Shown piece after piece: positions 1 through 8,306 of a DNA stretch of 37,159 nt. Below the pieces are notes generated by a model. It saw nothing but the letters and a program-made list of their open reading frames with translations, searched no databases and was not told the origin of the DNA. The stretch is from assembly GCA_024860865.1 (NCBI GenBank), contig JACRDV010000029.1:1-37159 (forward strand). Direction: 5' to 3'. The stretch comes from Methanobacteriota archaeon. GTDB taxonomy: Archaea; JACRDV01. The first letter of the stretch is position 1; every line of letters starts with the position of its first letter. A program made the translations under genes and the position numbers.

Positions 1-74
1 CGAGTGCTTTGATCGGATTTGTTTCAATCGCTTTTGCATCCGCTATTGTACTCTATAGGAAACTCAAATATTAA
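1..74 (+). CDS. 3' end of a CDS entering from upstream; C-terminal hydrophobic anchor (..SALIGFVSIAFASAIVLYRKLKY*)
   Basis: Frame open from the window edge to TAA at 72-74. A hydrophobic helix plus basic tail resembles the C-terminal anchor of the octahaem cytochrome at 4028-5461. Confidence 0.35.
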   Translation, partial: SALIGFVSIAFASAIVLYRKLKY

Positions 75-92
75 TATTAAATTAAAATAGAT

Positions 93-126
93 GAGAGGGA
101 TAAGCGCCTTCTCTTCTACCTTTTTT
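93..126 (+). terminator. hairpin plus T6 run downstream of the partial CDS
   Basis: GAGAGGG (93-99) pairs with CCTTCTC (107-113, one G-U), 7-nt loop, then TTTTTT at 121-126. Confidence 0.35.
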
Positions 127-418
127 ATTTCAAATTCTAAGATATTTTTGCATTAATAAGAAATATAGAAACTTTAGGTTTCATTAGGAATATTTAAATT
201 ATTCTCTCTTTTTTCTTTTTAAATTAACTTATTCTATATGAAGATAACTAAAAAAGAAATCCAATTATGCAATATTACAAATCATTTTAATTAATTTCGA
301 ATTATAAAAAATTTATTTGCATATCTAGCTATAAAATATTACTGTATTTTTATAACTAAAAAAATTAATCAACTAAAATAAATAATTTTTATATAAGTCT
401 CTAGTGAATAGAAATAGC

Positions 419-493
419 ATGCAAAAAAATAAAACTATTAAATTAGTCATCCTCGTTACAATTGTGGCAATATTATTTCTAGTAATTGGATGA
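419..493 (+). other. 24-codon hydrophobic mini-ORF (MQKNKTIKLVILVTIVAILFLVIG*), probably the displaced signal/anchor peptide of the cytochrome c at 490-696
   Basis: TATA-like TTTTTATATAAG at 386-397 puts a predicted TSS about 26 nt downstream, at the ATG at 419 (leaderless). The ORF stops at TGA 491-493, which overlaps the ATG at 490 (ATGA) in the -1 frame. Confidence 0.4.
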
Positions 494-696
494 TAAACCC
501 ACCACCAACTACAGAAGGAGAGATGCTATATAAAGAAAAATGTAGCAAGTGCCATGAGTTGAGGCCTCCTTTACGGCACACTGCTAACGAATGGCCGACT
601 ACTGTAGATAGAATGCAGTCCAAGGATCCTTTGTGGATTTCAGATACTGAGAAAGAGAAAATTCTAGCATATCTCCAAGCAAACGCGAGAAAATGA
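490..696 (+). CDS. small monohaem c-type cytochrome domain (one CxxCH: CSKCH); no signal peptide in this frame
   Basis: CSKCH haem-binding motif followed by ..EWPTTVDRMQ..ISDTEKEKILAYL, a pattern recalled from small haem-binding domains of bacterial cytochromes. Confidence 0.6.
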   Translation: MINPPPTTEGEMLYKEKCSKCHELRPPLRHTANEWPTTVDRMQSKDPLWISDTEKEKILAYLQANARK

Positions 697-733
697 ATCG
701 TGTAAAAATTTTCATTTTAAGCTGTTTTCACTC

Positions 734-1252
734 TCATGCAATATAACTCATGCTAGACTTATCGAAATCAGGCACCATTTCAATATAAAGTTCTGGTTCT
801 TCTTGTGGCTGCCAGCCTAATTGCCAATCTAATGCTGGATATAATTTCTTGAAAAATTCTGTTGGATTTTTCGAAACTAGTGTAACTAAGTGGTTGGGAC
901 CAAACAAATCGAGAGCGATCTTGTATGCTATCTCCTCAGTTCTATTTTCATCGATATTTCCTAAGGAGTGAATATACTCATGGAGCAAAATATAGAACGC
1001 ATAAGGTTTAAAAAAAGAAGGATCCGCTTCATTGATTAACTTGAGAAGACTTTTATTCATAACAATAATATTTGATCCAACTGGATAAAATGCCCCAATA
1101 AAATAGCCTTTCCTAAAGCCTAGTTCGGCTAGACCTAGCGTTAGTCCAGCCCTTCCAAATCCGTAGATTTTCCGAACAGCATCCTTGACTATTTCAAAAA
1201 TATCCGCTAAACTACCCGCCTGATCGAGTCGCTCGGCGAATGACTTTACCAC
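734..1252 (-). CDS. putative zinc metallopeptidase (HExxH: LLHEYIHSLG), 172 aa, GTG start
   Basis: HExxHxxG motif. Size and layout loosely resemble archaemetzincin or ImmA/IrrE-type small metalloproteases, but the Cys4 site of archaemetzincins is absent. Driven by the dual-operator promoter at 1274-1329. Confidence 0.6.
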   Translation of the reverse strand: MVKSFAERLDQAGSLADIFEIVKDAVRKIYGFGRAGLTLGLAELGFRKGYFIGAFYPVGSNIIVMNKSLLKLINEADPSFFKPYAFYILLHEYIHSLGNIDENRTEEIAYKIALDLFGPNHLVTLVSKNPTEFFKKLYPALDWQLGWQPQEEPELYIEMVPDFDKSSMSYIA

Positions 1253-1273
1253 TTAATCCACCTTTTTTGTTTT

Positions 1274-1286
1274 TTAACGCTGTTAA
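1274..1286. promoter_or_regulatory. operator-like palindrome TTAACGCTGTTAA (TTAAC-N3-GTTAA), promoter-proximal site for the minus-strand gene 1252<-
   Basis: Perfect 5-bp arms. It is the reverse complement of the site at 1887-1899 and lies 43 bp from its partner at 1317-1329. Confidence 0.65.
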
Positions 1287-1316
1287 AAATAAAAAGGAAC
1301 AATATTATATATAAAG

Positions 1317-1329
1317 TTAACGCCGTTAA
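1317..1329. promoter_or_regulatory. operator-like palindrome TTAACGCCGTTAA abutting a palindromic TATA (TATATATAAAG, 1306-1316)
   Basis: Reverse complement of the site at 1844-1856. It sits between the divergent starts at 1252 (-) and 1343/1358 (+). Confidence 0.65.
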
Positions 1330-1357
1330 ACATGGTGATAATTTGAAACCTCCATGT

Positions 1358-1735
1358 ATGGTCGTTGTTACACAAATTTTACCTGCAATCAGAGTTATGG
1401 TGGCAAGAGAGTTAGTATACAACCATGGCTTAAAGCCAATAGAAGCCGCAGTCAAAATGGATGTTACGCCAGCGGCTATAACCCAGTATATTAAAGGTCT
1501 CCGAGGAAAATACCCGATAGAAACGATTGAGAAATCCAGAAAAGCAAAGAAAATTATATCAGAATTAACTATTGAGCTTGTAAAGGATGAAGTAGACATT
1601 ATATTTGTTTTAAATATGTTATGCAAAGCTTGCAAAGCCATTAGTTCTGAAGGCCTTCTTTGTGATCTACATAAAGAGCTAATGTTAAGTCTTAGAAAGC
1701 ACAAATGCAAAATTTGCCCCATGCTTATAAGGTAG
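1358..1735 (+). CDS. small HTH transcriptional regulator with a Cys-rich C-terminal (metal-binding?) tail
   Basis: N-terminal ..ILPAIRVMVARELV..GLKPIEAAVKMDVTPAAITQYIKGLRG has an HTH pattern. The C-terminus has CKAC..C..H..CKIC. The ORF-track start at 1343 is TTG; the in-frame ATG at 1358 is more plausible. Confidence 0.7.
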   Translation: MVVVTQILPAIRVMVARELVYNHGLKPIEAAVKMDVTPAAITQYIKGLRGKYPIETIEKSRKAKKIISELTIELVKDEVDIIFVLNMLCKACKAISSEGLLCDLHKELMLSLRKHKCKICPMLIR

Positions 1736-1843
1736 AAATCTTTTAATTGCTAAATTAACCCAAGAATTCGATCTTGTATTTTTATGGAATTTTGTATTTT
1801 TAAAAAAAATTCTTTTATATTTATAATAACTTGTTTATTAAAT

Positions 1844-1856
1844 TTAACGGCGTTAA
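1844..1856. promoter_or_regulatory. operator-like palindrome TTAACGGCGTTAA directly upstream of TATA CTTTATATAC (1857-1866)
   Basis: The 22-nt block TTAACGGCGTTAACTTTATATA is identical to the minus-strand reading of 1308-1329. Confidence 0.65.
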
Positions 1857-1886
1857 CTTTATATACATTTTTAGAGTAAATTATTT

Positions 1887-1899
1887 TTAACAGCGTTAA
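1887..1899. promoter_or_regulatory. operator-like palindrome TTAACAGCGTTAA over the predicted TSS of the 1912 gene
   Basis: 43 bp from the site at 1844. The block TTATTTTTAACAGCGTTAAAAA is identical to the minus-strand reading of 1269-1290. TATA centre +26 lands at about 1888. Confidence 0.65.
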
Positions 1900-1911
1900 A
1901 AAGTAATAAAT

Positions 1912-3570
1912 ATGCCCGATAAAATCTATTTAAAAGGCTTTCCAGAAATCATGAGATTTAAACTAACAGATGATGTTCGCAATGAGATTTTTGCTGAAGC
2001 ATTTGAAAAAATGAGAGAGCAATATTTAGACGTGAGTGATTTATTAACAAATGAATCCTCAAATCACACCTTATATGGCCAATCTATACACGAGTTTGTT
2101 TTTGGAAGATTTGAAGGTAGAATTTTAAAAGTGTTAGAAGAAGCGCCTTCAACCGGCATTGAAATAGTCCAAAAAACAGGACTATCTCCAAATACTTTTC
2201 GCCATAAAATTGCAGAATTGAAAAGAAAGGGAATGATCGAACGAAGAAATGGCAAATATGGATTTATAAAGAATCCATTCGATCTAATTAAGTTCTCAGA
2301 AATAGGAAAAACTGGCAGCTTAGCACCTACACAACGTAGAAAAAAATTTCTTTCTAAAAATGATGTTAAACTTGCGATATATCTGTGGCCAAAATATAGA
2401 AAAGCATGTGCTGAGGTAGGTATCAGTCCTCTAGTCTCAAAATACGCAATAACTTATCATAATATTTTCTGTCTTGCTAATGCTATCAAAAAGTGGAGAA
2501 AAGGAAAAAACGCAACTCCAAAATGGGCCCTGATAGCATTAACAGACCTAACTCAAAAAGCAAATGAATTAAATGAGGAAGGTATAATCCAGAGCTATTG
2601 TTTGCCGGCAAGTACTCCTATAATTCCTTTTTATAATGGAAAATACAAAATTCCAATCGAAGCTGGAGAAGATTTAGACATAATAGCTATCAAACTATTG
2701 GCAAAAGGTTCAGCAAATGGAACAACTTATAACCATAAAAATAAGGAAAAATTTTTTGAAAGACTTCATGATCTTTTTGGATTTTTTGAAACTAAAAGAA
2801 ATAAAGGAGTTCCAACAACAATTCTGGAGATAATTAAAAAGCACTATAATATTCAAAATTTTGATAAAAAAGAAGCTAAAATTCCTTTAATAATAACTGA
2901 AAAATTAGAGAAATTAAAAGGCTACGAAAAGATAAAATATGAACTGAATTTATTAAAGGGAATAACCGAGCTGAGCAGCAACTATAAGGGATATTTTGAT
3001 CTAACATCTCAATCAAAGGATTTTCTAATTGGCGTATCTAAAATCGTGGAAGATTTAGGATTAGGAAAACTAACTATAATGAAAAAATTAAATAGACCTC
3101 ATTATCGATGTATGATTCCTTCTAAGAAAATTAATTTGCTACAACAAAAGGAGTTGCAATTGAAGAAATTATATGAAAACATAGAGCGAATATATCCAGA
3201 CTTTGAAATTTGGAATAAAATACCCTTAAACACAATAATAGAAAGAGCAAGGAGAAAAGACGTATTAAAATTAACACCAATAGAAGTTTTGCAACAATCC
3301 TGCAAAGAAGAGCTTTCCGATTATCTAGGTTTGATTTTAGATAGCATTAAGCGAAACACGAATAAATATATCCATAATTTTCTAGGAAAAAAGATAAACA
3401 CCTTAGAACTCCAAAAAGAAATGACAAATTATTACTGGAATAACAAAAAAATACCAAGCGCTAGAAGCGTAAAAGAATATCTGAATATGATTGAAACTAC
3501 TGGAGCAAGTGTAGATTCTGAAAAAACTTTATCTCGTTTAGGTTCTTCTTCAAATTTATTAAAACTTTAA
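1912..3570 (+). CDS. 552-aa winged-helix DNA-binding protein with a degenerate double-LAGLIDADG-like core; function unknown
   Basis: wHTH at aa ~65-118 (ILKVLEEAPSTGIEIVQKTGLSPNTFRHKIAELKRKGMIERRNGKYGF). Two LAGLIDADG-like segments (DLDIIAIKLLAKGSANGT; YELNLLKGITELSSNYKGYFDLTSQSKDFLIGVSKIVEDLGLG) have the catalytic acidic positions substituted. Very low GC (~30%). Confidence 0.75.
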   Translation: MPDKIYLKGFPEIMRFKLTDDVRNEIFAEAFEKMREQYLDVSDLLTNESSNHTLYGQSIHEFVFGRFEGRILKVLEEAPSTGIEIVQKTGLSPNTFRHKIAELKRKGMIERRNGKYGFIKNPFDLIKFSEIGKTGSLAPTQRRKKFLSKNDVKLAIYLWPKYRKACAEVGISPLVSKYAITYHNIFCLANAIKKWRKGKNATPKWALIALTDLTQKANELNEEGIIQSYCLPASTPIIPFYNGKYKIPIEAGEDLDIIAIKLLAKGSANGTTYNHKNKEKFFERLHDLFGFFETKRNKGVPTTILEIIKKHYNIQNFDKKEAKIPLIITEKLEKLKGYEKIKYELNLLKGITELSSNYKGYFDLTSQSKDFLIGVSKIVEDLGLGKLTIMKKLNRPHYRCMIPSKKINLLQQKELQLKKLYENIERIYPDFEIWNKIPLNTIIERARRKDVLKLTPIEVLQQSCKEELSDYLGLILDSIKRNTNKYIHNFLGKKINTLELQKEMTNYYWNNKKIPSARSVKEYLNMIETTGASVDSEKTLSRLGSSSNLLKL

Positions 3571-3716
3571 AATATATGCAATGCTTGAGTTATCATGTTA
3601 ACTTTTTATGAGTCTCTAAAATCAAACAGAATAAGCAATTTGGACAGCAAGTTTCTTTTCTATAAGGACCATAAAAAATATATTATACTTCGATGATGTT
3701 TTTTGGAGTGATTAAA

Positions 3717-3947
3717 ATGCCATTTTTAGTAAGGATTAACCATGAAACTTGTAATGGGAACGGAGAATGCTTTAATAGTTGCCCAGCGGGCGTTTTTGAG
3801 GCATCTCACGATGGAAAGTGTTGGGTTGGCGGAGAGAAGTCAATGGAAGGAAATCTTCAGAAAGGCAGTAACGAAGATCTATGTGTAGGGTGTTTGGTTT
3901 GTGTAGAAGTATGCCCAACTAAATCCATCACGGTGACTGAAAAATAA
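3717..3947 (+). CDS. small 4Fe-4S ferredoxin
   Basis: Cx5Cx3CP and CxxCxxCx3CP motifs. GGAGTGA lies 5 nt upstream of the ATG at 3717; the ORF-track start at 3693 is in frame but has no RBS. Confidence 0.8.
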   Translation: MPFLVRINHETCNGNGECFNSCPAGVFEASHDGKCWVGGEKSMEGNLQKGSNEDLCVGCLVCVEVCPTKSITVTEK

Positions 3948-4027
3948 CTGTACAAACAGAAAAATATTTTTCCTAATTTTTTATTTTTGGATTTTAGGCA
4001 AAGCAAATAAAAATAAAAAAGGAGACT

Positions 4028-5461
4028 CTAACCAGTTTTTCTTCCTACAAGGATTGCTACTACAATTGCACTTATTGCTCCTATTACTATAGCTGCTATT
4101 GACAATGGATATGCTGCCGCAGCCTGTTTAACCCTTGTTTCTATTGCTGCCCCCTCTCTGATTTTTTTAGCCTCATCTTTTATGAAGTTTAGAGATGTTT
4201 TCATTGGCGCCCAGCCATACCAGTGCATATAGTCAGGGTTCATGTGAAAAGCTCCTTGGAAAGTTCTCATTCGGTGCTCTAGAAACATTCCGTAGAGTTC
4301 TTGTTCAATGGGAGATGGAGCTTCGTAAAATGTTAGCAAATCTGGATAGGCATATGCATAGTCCTTTGGCTTGGAAAGCAATCCATCTTTGTATAATTCA
4401 GCAACAGTGGATATGCCTTCAGCCATCAGAGCATCAGCTTGTTTTATGATAGCGTCTGCATTCTCTAGATTTTGCTTAGCATAATTTGCTGAATGGCATT
4501 GACCACAAACATTTAGCATAGCCTCCCTTTGGGCCTGCCATTCTTCTGCCGTTAATCTCGCAACCTTTCCAGCTTTAACCACATCCAGCCTTGCTGTAGG
4601 TTTCCCATCTGGGTCCAATACACCTGTTCCCTTAAGAATTATTGTTCTATAAGACATCCACTCCGAATCAGGTTCTGGTAACCTCACAGCTAAAAAGCCC
4701 CAAGATGTGATTACTTTATGGTTGCCATTTGTCATATGGCAGATTTGGCATGTCGGTGCTGGATATGGATTTTCGCTGAGGTGTTTGTTCCAGTCCCATG
4801 TATCACCTTGCATTGCATAAATTACACCGTGCTTAGAGGTCGAATACATTTCCCATTGAGGGTGATTAAAACCCATGTGGCATGGCAAACATGCTTCAGG
4901 TCTTCTTGCTTCAGCCGTGGAGAATTTATGTCTGGTATGACATGAATCGCAACTACCCATGCCATATCTATACTCTGGTATTCCTGTTTTATTCTTTGAT
5001 CCCATTTTGTGGCATCCTCCACAGCCTTTTTGACCTCCTATTATTGGCTTAGCTTGATGTGTAGTCCCCGGCATTGCATTCATGGCAATCCATGCGAGCG
5101 CGTGCTTACCCTCATTGAATTCTACTACCTTTGGAGCATGGCAAGCATCGCATGTATCTGGCGTCGGCATCTTTGCCTTTGTAAAATCAGCAGCTGAGGT
5201 ATGTTCTGACCCGTGGCAATTTTCACAGCTAATTTGCGATAAACCTCCAGCCATCTTGCTAGCTGTTGGATTCTGTATCCCAGGTGTTCCCATTGCGCCA
5301 CTTTGAAAGGCATCAACAATTTTTGGAGTTATTGTTTTATGGCATGCTATACATGGCGACTCTTCTGCAACTACTTGGGTAGTAATTCCTATTAAGAATA
5401 AAAGTGTCGTTAAAAACGTTACAATTAAAATTTTATTTGAAATTATATTTTCACTTCTCAT
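4028..5461 (-). CDS. octahaem c-type cytochrome, hydroxylamine-oxidoreductase (HAO)-like family, N-terminal signal and C-terminal TM anchor
   Basis: Eight CxxCH motifs (CIACH, CENCH, CDACH, CGGCH, CDSCH, CLPCH, CQICH, CGQCH). HAO-like spacers (CHMGFNHPQWEMYSTSKHG; FHMNPDYMHWYGW). Hydrophobic N- and C-termini. Confidence 0.85.
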   Translation of the reverse strand: MRSENIISNKILIVTFLTTLLFLIGITTQVVAEESPCIACHKTITPKIVDAFQSGAMGTPGIQNPTASKMAGGLSQISCENCHGSEHTSAADFTKAKMPTPDTCDACHAPKVVEFNEGKHALAWIAMNAMPGTTHQAKPIIGGQKGCGGCHKMGSKNKTGIPEYRYGMGSCDSCHTRHKFSTAEARRPEACLPCHMGFNHPQWEMYSTSKHGVIYAMQGDTWDWNKHLSENPYPAPTCQICHMTNGNHKVITSWGFLAVRLPEPDSEWMSYRTIILKGTGVLDPDGKPTARLDVVKAGKVARLTAEEWQAQREAMLNVCGQCHSANYAKQNLENADAIIKQADALMAEGISTVAELYKDGLLSKPKDYAYAYPDLLTFYEAPSPIEQELYGMFLEHRMRTFQGAFHMNPDYMHWYGWAPMKTSLNFIKDEAKKIREGAAIETRVKQAAAAYPLSIAAIVIGAISAIVVAILVGRKTG

Positions 5462-5646
5462 TTACAGGCAATATATAATTCTAAGATTTAAATCATTCGA
5501 ATTTTAACCGTTTGGGCAGGGCAACTGGTATTAATATGGCTTTACGCCTGAATAAAAACCGATTTAAAGCGCATAGAAGAAATGCTGCAAAATTTTATAA
5601 ACCACTGCTAAAGAATTACTGCTAATAAATGTTAGGAGGATATGAT

Positions 5647-7032
5647 ATGTACATAAAAGTACTGTTAGATGAAGATGAAATACCTAAGCAATGGTATAAT
5701 ATTCAGCCTGATCTTCCAAAACCATTACCACCTCCAATTAACCCAGCAACAAAAGAACCGATAGATCCTAAGGCATTAGAAAGAGTATTTGCGAAAGAGC
5801 TCGTAAGGCAAGAAGTAAGTCAGGATAGATGGATAAATATTCCAGAGGAAGTTAGAGATGTCTGGATGGCATGGAGGCCAACTCCATTCTATAGAGCTGT
5901 TAAACTTGAAAAAGCTCTAGGAACACCTGCAAAAATTTACTATAAGTATGAAGGCGTCAGTCCTCCAGGTAGTCATAAACCAAACACAGCAGTAGCACAA
6001 GCCTGGTATAACATGAAAGAAGGCGTTAAAAGGTTAACAACAGAGACAGGGGCTGGCCAATGGGGTTCTGCTTTATCTTTTGGCTGTTCAACTTTTGGTT
6101 TAAAATCAACAGTGTACATGGTAAAAGTTAGCTACCATCAAAAGCCCTATAGGAGAACTATGATGCAAACTTGGGGCGCTGAGGTGTTTCCAAGTCCCAG
6201 CGATAGAACTCAAACTGGGAAGAAAATATTGCAACAAGATCCAGATAATCCAGGTAGTCTTGGAATATCTATAAGCGAAGCTGTTGAGGATGCAGTAACA
6301 CATGAGGACACTAAGTATACATTAGGAAGTGTCGTGAATCATGTTCTTATGCACCAAACGATAATAGGTATAGAAACTGAAAAGCAATTTGAAATTGTAG
6401 ATGATTATCCCGATACGATTATTGGGTGTGTAGGTGGAGGGAGCAGTTTTTCTGGACTATTTTGGCCATTTTATTACGATAAAGTTTCTAAGAAAGCTCC
6501 GAAAGAAGCGGAATTTATTGCAGTCGAACCAACGGCATGCCCTAGCTTGACCAGAGGCAGTTATACGTATGATCACGGGGATACTGCTAGGTTTATCCCT
6601 CTAGTTAAAATGCATACTCTTGGCCACGATTTTGTTCCTGCCCCAATACATGCTGGAGGTCTAAGATATCATGGAGATGCTCCAACGCTATGCTTGCTAG
6701 TCAATGAAAAAAGGGTAAAAGCAAGGGCATACAATCAAGTTGAAGTTTTTGAAGCTGCCGTACTGTTTGCAAAGACCGAAGGAATAATACCCGCTCCTGA
6801 ACCTGCGCACGCTATAAAGGCAGTAATTGATGAAGCAATCAAGTGCAAAGAAACAGGTGAGGAAAAAACAATACTTTTCCTTTTGTGCGGGCATGGATAC
6901 TTTGACATGAAAGCTTACGAGGATTTCTTTGAAGGCAAGTTACTTCCTTATGAATATCCCGAAGAAAAAATTAAGGAATCATTAAGAAGGTTAAAAGAGC
7001 TCTATCCTTGGGCAGAAAAACTTCCATACTAA
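5647..7032 (+). CDS. trpB: TrpB2-type tryptophan synthase beta-like PLP enzyme
   Basis: N-terminal ..[14 protein letters not shown].. and ..[25 protein letters not shown].. are typical of TrpB2. AGGAGG lies 7 nt upstream of the ATG at 5647 (ORF-track start 5629). Confidence 0.9.
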   Translation: MYIKVLLDEDEIPKQWYNIQPDLPKPLPPPINPATKEPIDPKALERVFAKELVRQEVSQDRWINIPEEVRDVWMAWRPTPFYRAVKLEKALGTPAKIYYKYEGVSPPGSHKPNTAVAQAWYNMKEGVKRLTTETGAGQWGSALSFGCSTFGLKSTVYMVKVSYHQKPYRRTMMQTWGAEVFPSPSDRTQTGKKILQQDPDNPGSLGISISEAVEDAVTHEDTKYTLGSVVNHVLMHQTIIGIETEKQFEIVDDYPDTIIGCVGGGSSFSGLFWPFYYDKVSKKAPKEAEFIAVEPTACPSLTRGSYTYDHGDTARFIPLVKMHTLGHDFVPAPIHAGGLRYHGDAPTLCLLVNEKRVKARAYNQVEVFEAAVLFAKTEGIIPAPEPAHAIKAVIDEAIKCKETGEEKTILFLLCGHGYFDMKAYEDFFEGKLLPYEYPEEKIKESLRRLKELYPWAEKLPY

Positions 7033-7096
7033 CCTTTTTTCTTTTTTATTAAATGTAGTAAATAATATAAGATTGCTCAATAGAGAATTCCTTCTT

Positions 7097-8302
7097 ATGG
7101 GAGATTTAAAAAGATTTACTTCTTCTATCCAAGCTGCAATTAAAAAACTCCAAACTTGGCCAATTAGAGAACTAACTCTATGCCATCACGACGAAGCTGA
7201 TGGGTGCACATCGGCAGCTATAACTAAAACTGCTCTCGAGAGGAGGGGCTATAAAGTAAATTTTCTTTGTATAGAGAAGTTATTTCCTCAAGTGCTTGAG
7301 AAACTTCATACGCAAAAAGGGGCTTTAATTTTTTATACAGACATTGGAGCTTTTCACTCGAAACTAATCTCTGATTTAAATAAAGGCAAAAATCTTACAA
7401 TAATTTTAGACCACCATGACACTGAGCCTTCAACTGACTCGATGGTTTTCAATTTAGATCCTGAATTGTTTGGATTTAGTGGCGAAAAAGATGCTAGCAG
7501 CGCGACTACTTGTTATCTATTTGCTAAAGAATTAGATCCAAAAAACATCGATTTAGCTCATCTTGCAATTATTGGTTCAGCTGAAATACCAGGAGATGTT
7601 ACAGGTCTTAACAAAATTCCACTTGAAGATGCACAAAAACAAGATTTAGTTGAGGTTAGTGGTACGAAGGGAAAGCAAAGGTATAAAGTTAAATTACCAA
7701 GTGGAAAAATTTCTAGCACTGAAGCTTCCAGCAAATTGTCTGCGCTTGCATCGGTTGGATATTATGAAAACGGTCCAAAACTTGCGATTAAAGCTTGCCT
7801 AGATGGGTTTGATGAAACTATTGAGAAAAAAATTTTAGAGCTCCAAGAAAAACGAAAAACTGTTAGTAAGAAAATGCTGGCAATTCTATATAAAACCAAA
7901 CTTAAAGAAACTGATCATATTCAATGGTTCCATGCTAAGGACATTTTTAAATCTATGGGTGTTAAAGTTATTGGAACCTTTTGCTCTATGTTGCGTTTTC
8001 AAACCAAATTGATTAAACTGGAGAAATACATTGTCGGGTTTATGAATATGGACCCAGTTATTCCTAGGTATGGAAAATTAGAACAACCAATGACTAAAGT
8101 TTCAATGAGAGTTCCGATTCAACTTGAAAAGTTAATTAATGCGAAGAAAATGCCCGGTGCTTCATATCTCTTGCCTGAAGCTTCAAAGTTAGTAGGTGGA
8201 TTTGGTGACGGTCATAGTTTAGCTTCTTCTTCAATTATTCCAAAAGGGCAGGAAGAAAAATTGATTGATTATATGGAATCGCTATTTAAAAATTTTTCAT
8301 AG
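7097..8302 (+). CDS. DHH/DHHA1 family phosphoesterase (RecJ-like)
   Basis: HHDEADGCTSAA (DHH motifs I-II), ILDHHD (motif III), C-terminal GGFGDGHSLAS (DHHA1 GGGH-like). The ORF-track TTG at 7073 is less likely than the ATG at 7097. Confidence 0.8.
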   Translation: MGDLKRFTSSIQAAIKKLQTWPIRELTLCHHDEADGCTSAAITKTALERRGYKVNFLCIEKLFPQVLEKLHTQKGALIFYTDIGAFHSKLISDLNKGKNLTIILDHHDTEPSTDSMVFNLDPELFGFSGEKDASSATTCYLFAKELDPKNIDLAHLAIIGSAEIPGDVTGLNKIPLEDAQKQDLVEVSGTKGKQRYKVKLPSGKISSTEASSKLSALASVGYYENGPKLAIKACLDGFDETIEKKILELQEKRKTVSKKMLAILYKTKLKETDHIQWFHAKDIFKSMGVKVIGTFCSMLRFQTKLIKLEKYIVGFMNMDPVIPRYGKLEQPMTKVSMRVPIQLEKLINAKKMPGASYLLPEASKLVGGFGDGHSLASSSIIPKGQEEKLIDYMESLFKNFS

Positions 8303-8306
8303 TATG

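Noticed and set aside
1246-1722. 158-aa minus-strand ORF with hydrophobic stretches
   Set aside because: It lies entirely antisense to the HTH regulator gene, which has a recognisable HTH motif and promoter. The composition (S/L/F/I-rich) is typical of antisense frames in AT-rich coding DNA.
5504-5515. TTAACCGTTTGG half-site-like sequence in the cytochrome/trpB2 spacer, followed by GGCAGGGCAACTGG, vaguely like the ncRNA 5' arm
   Set aside because: Only one TTAAC arm is present, the spacing is wrong, and there is no cassette context (no adjacent conserved TATA block). The similarity to GTTGGCAGTTG is too short to trust.
7315-7328. 9-nt complementarity (AAGGGGCTT) between the DHH gene and the C-rich loop of the ncRNA candidate
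   Set aside because: A 9-mer match is roughly expected by chance in 2 x 37 kb, so it is not evidence for targeting.
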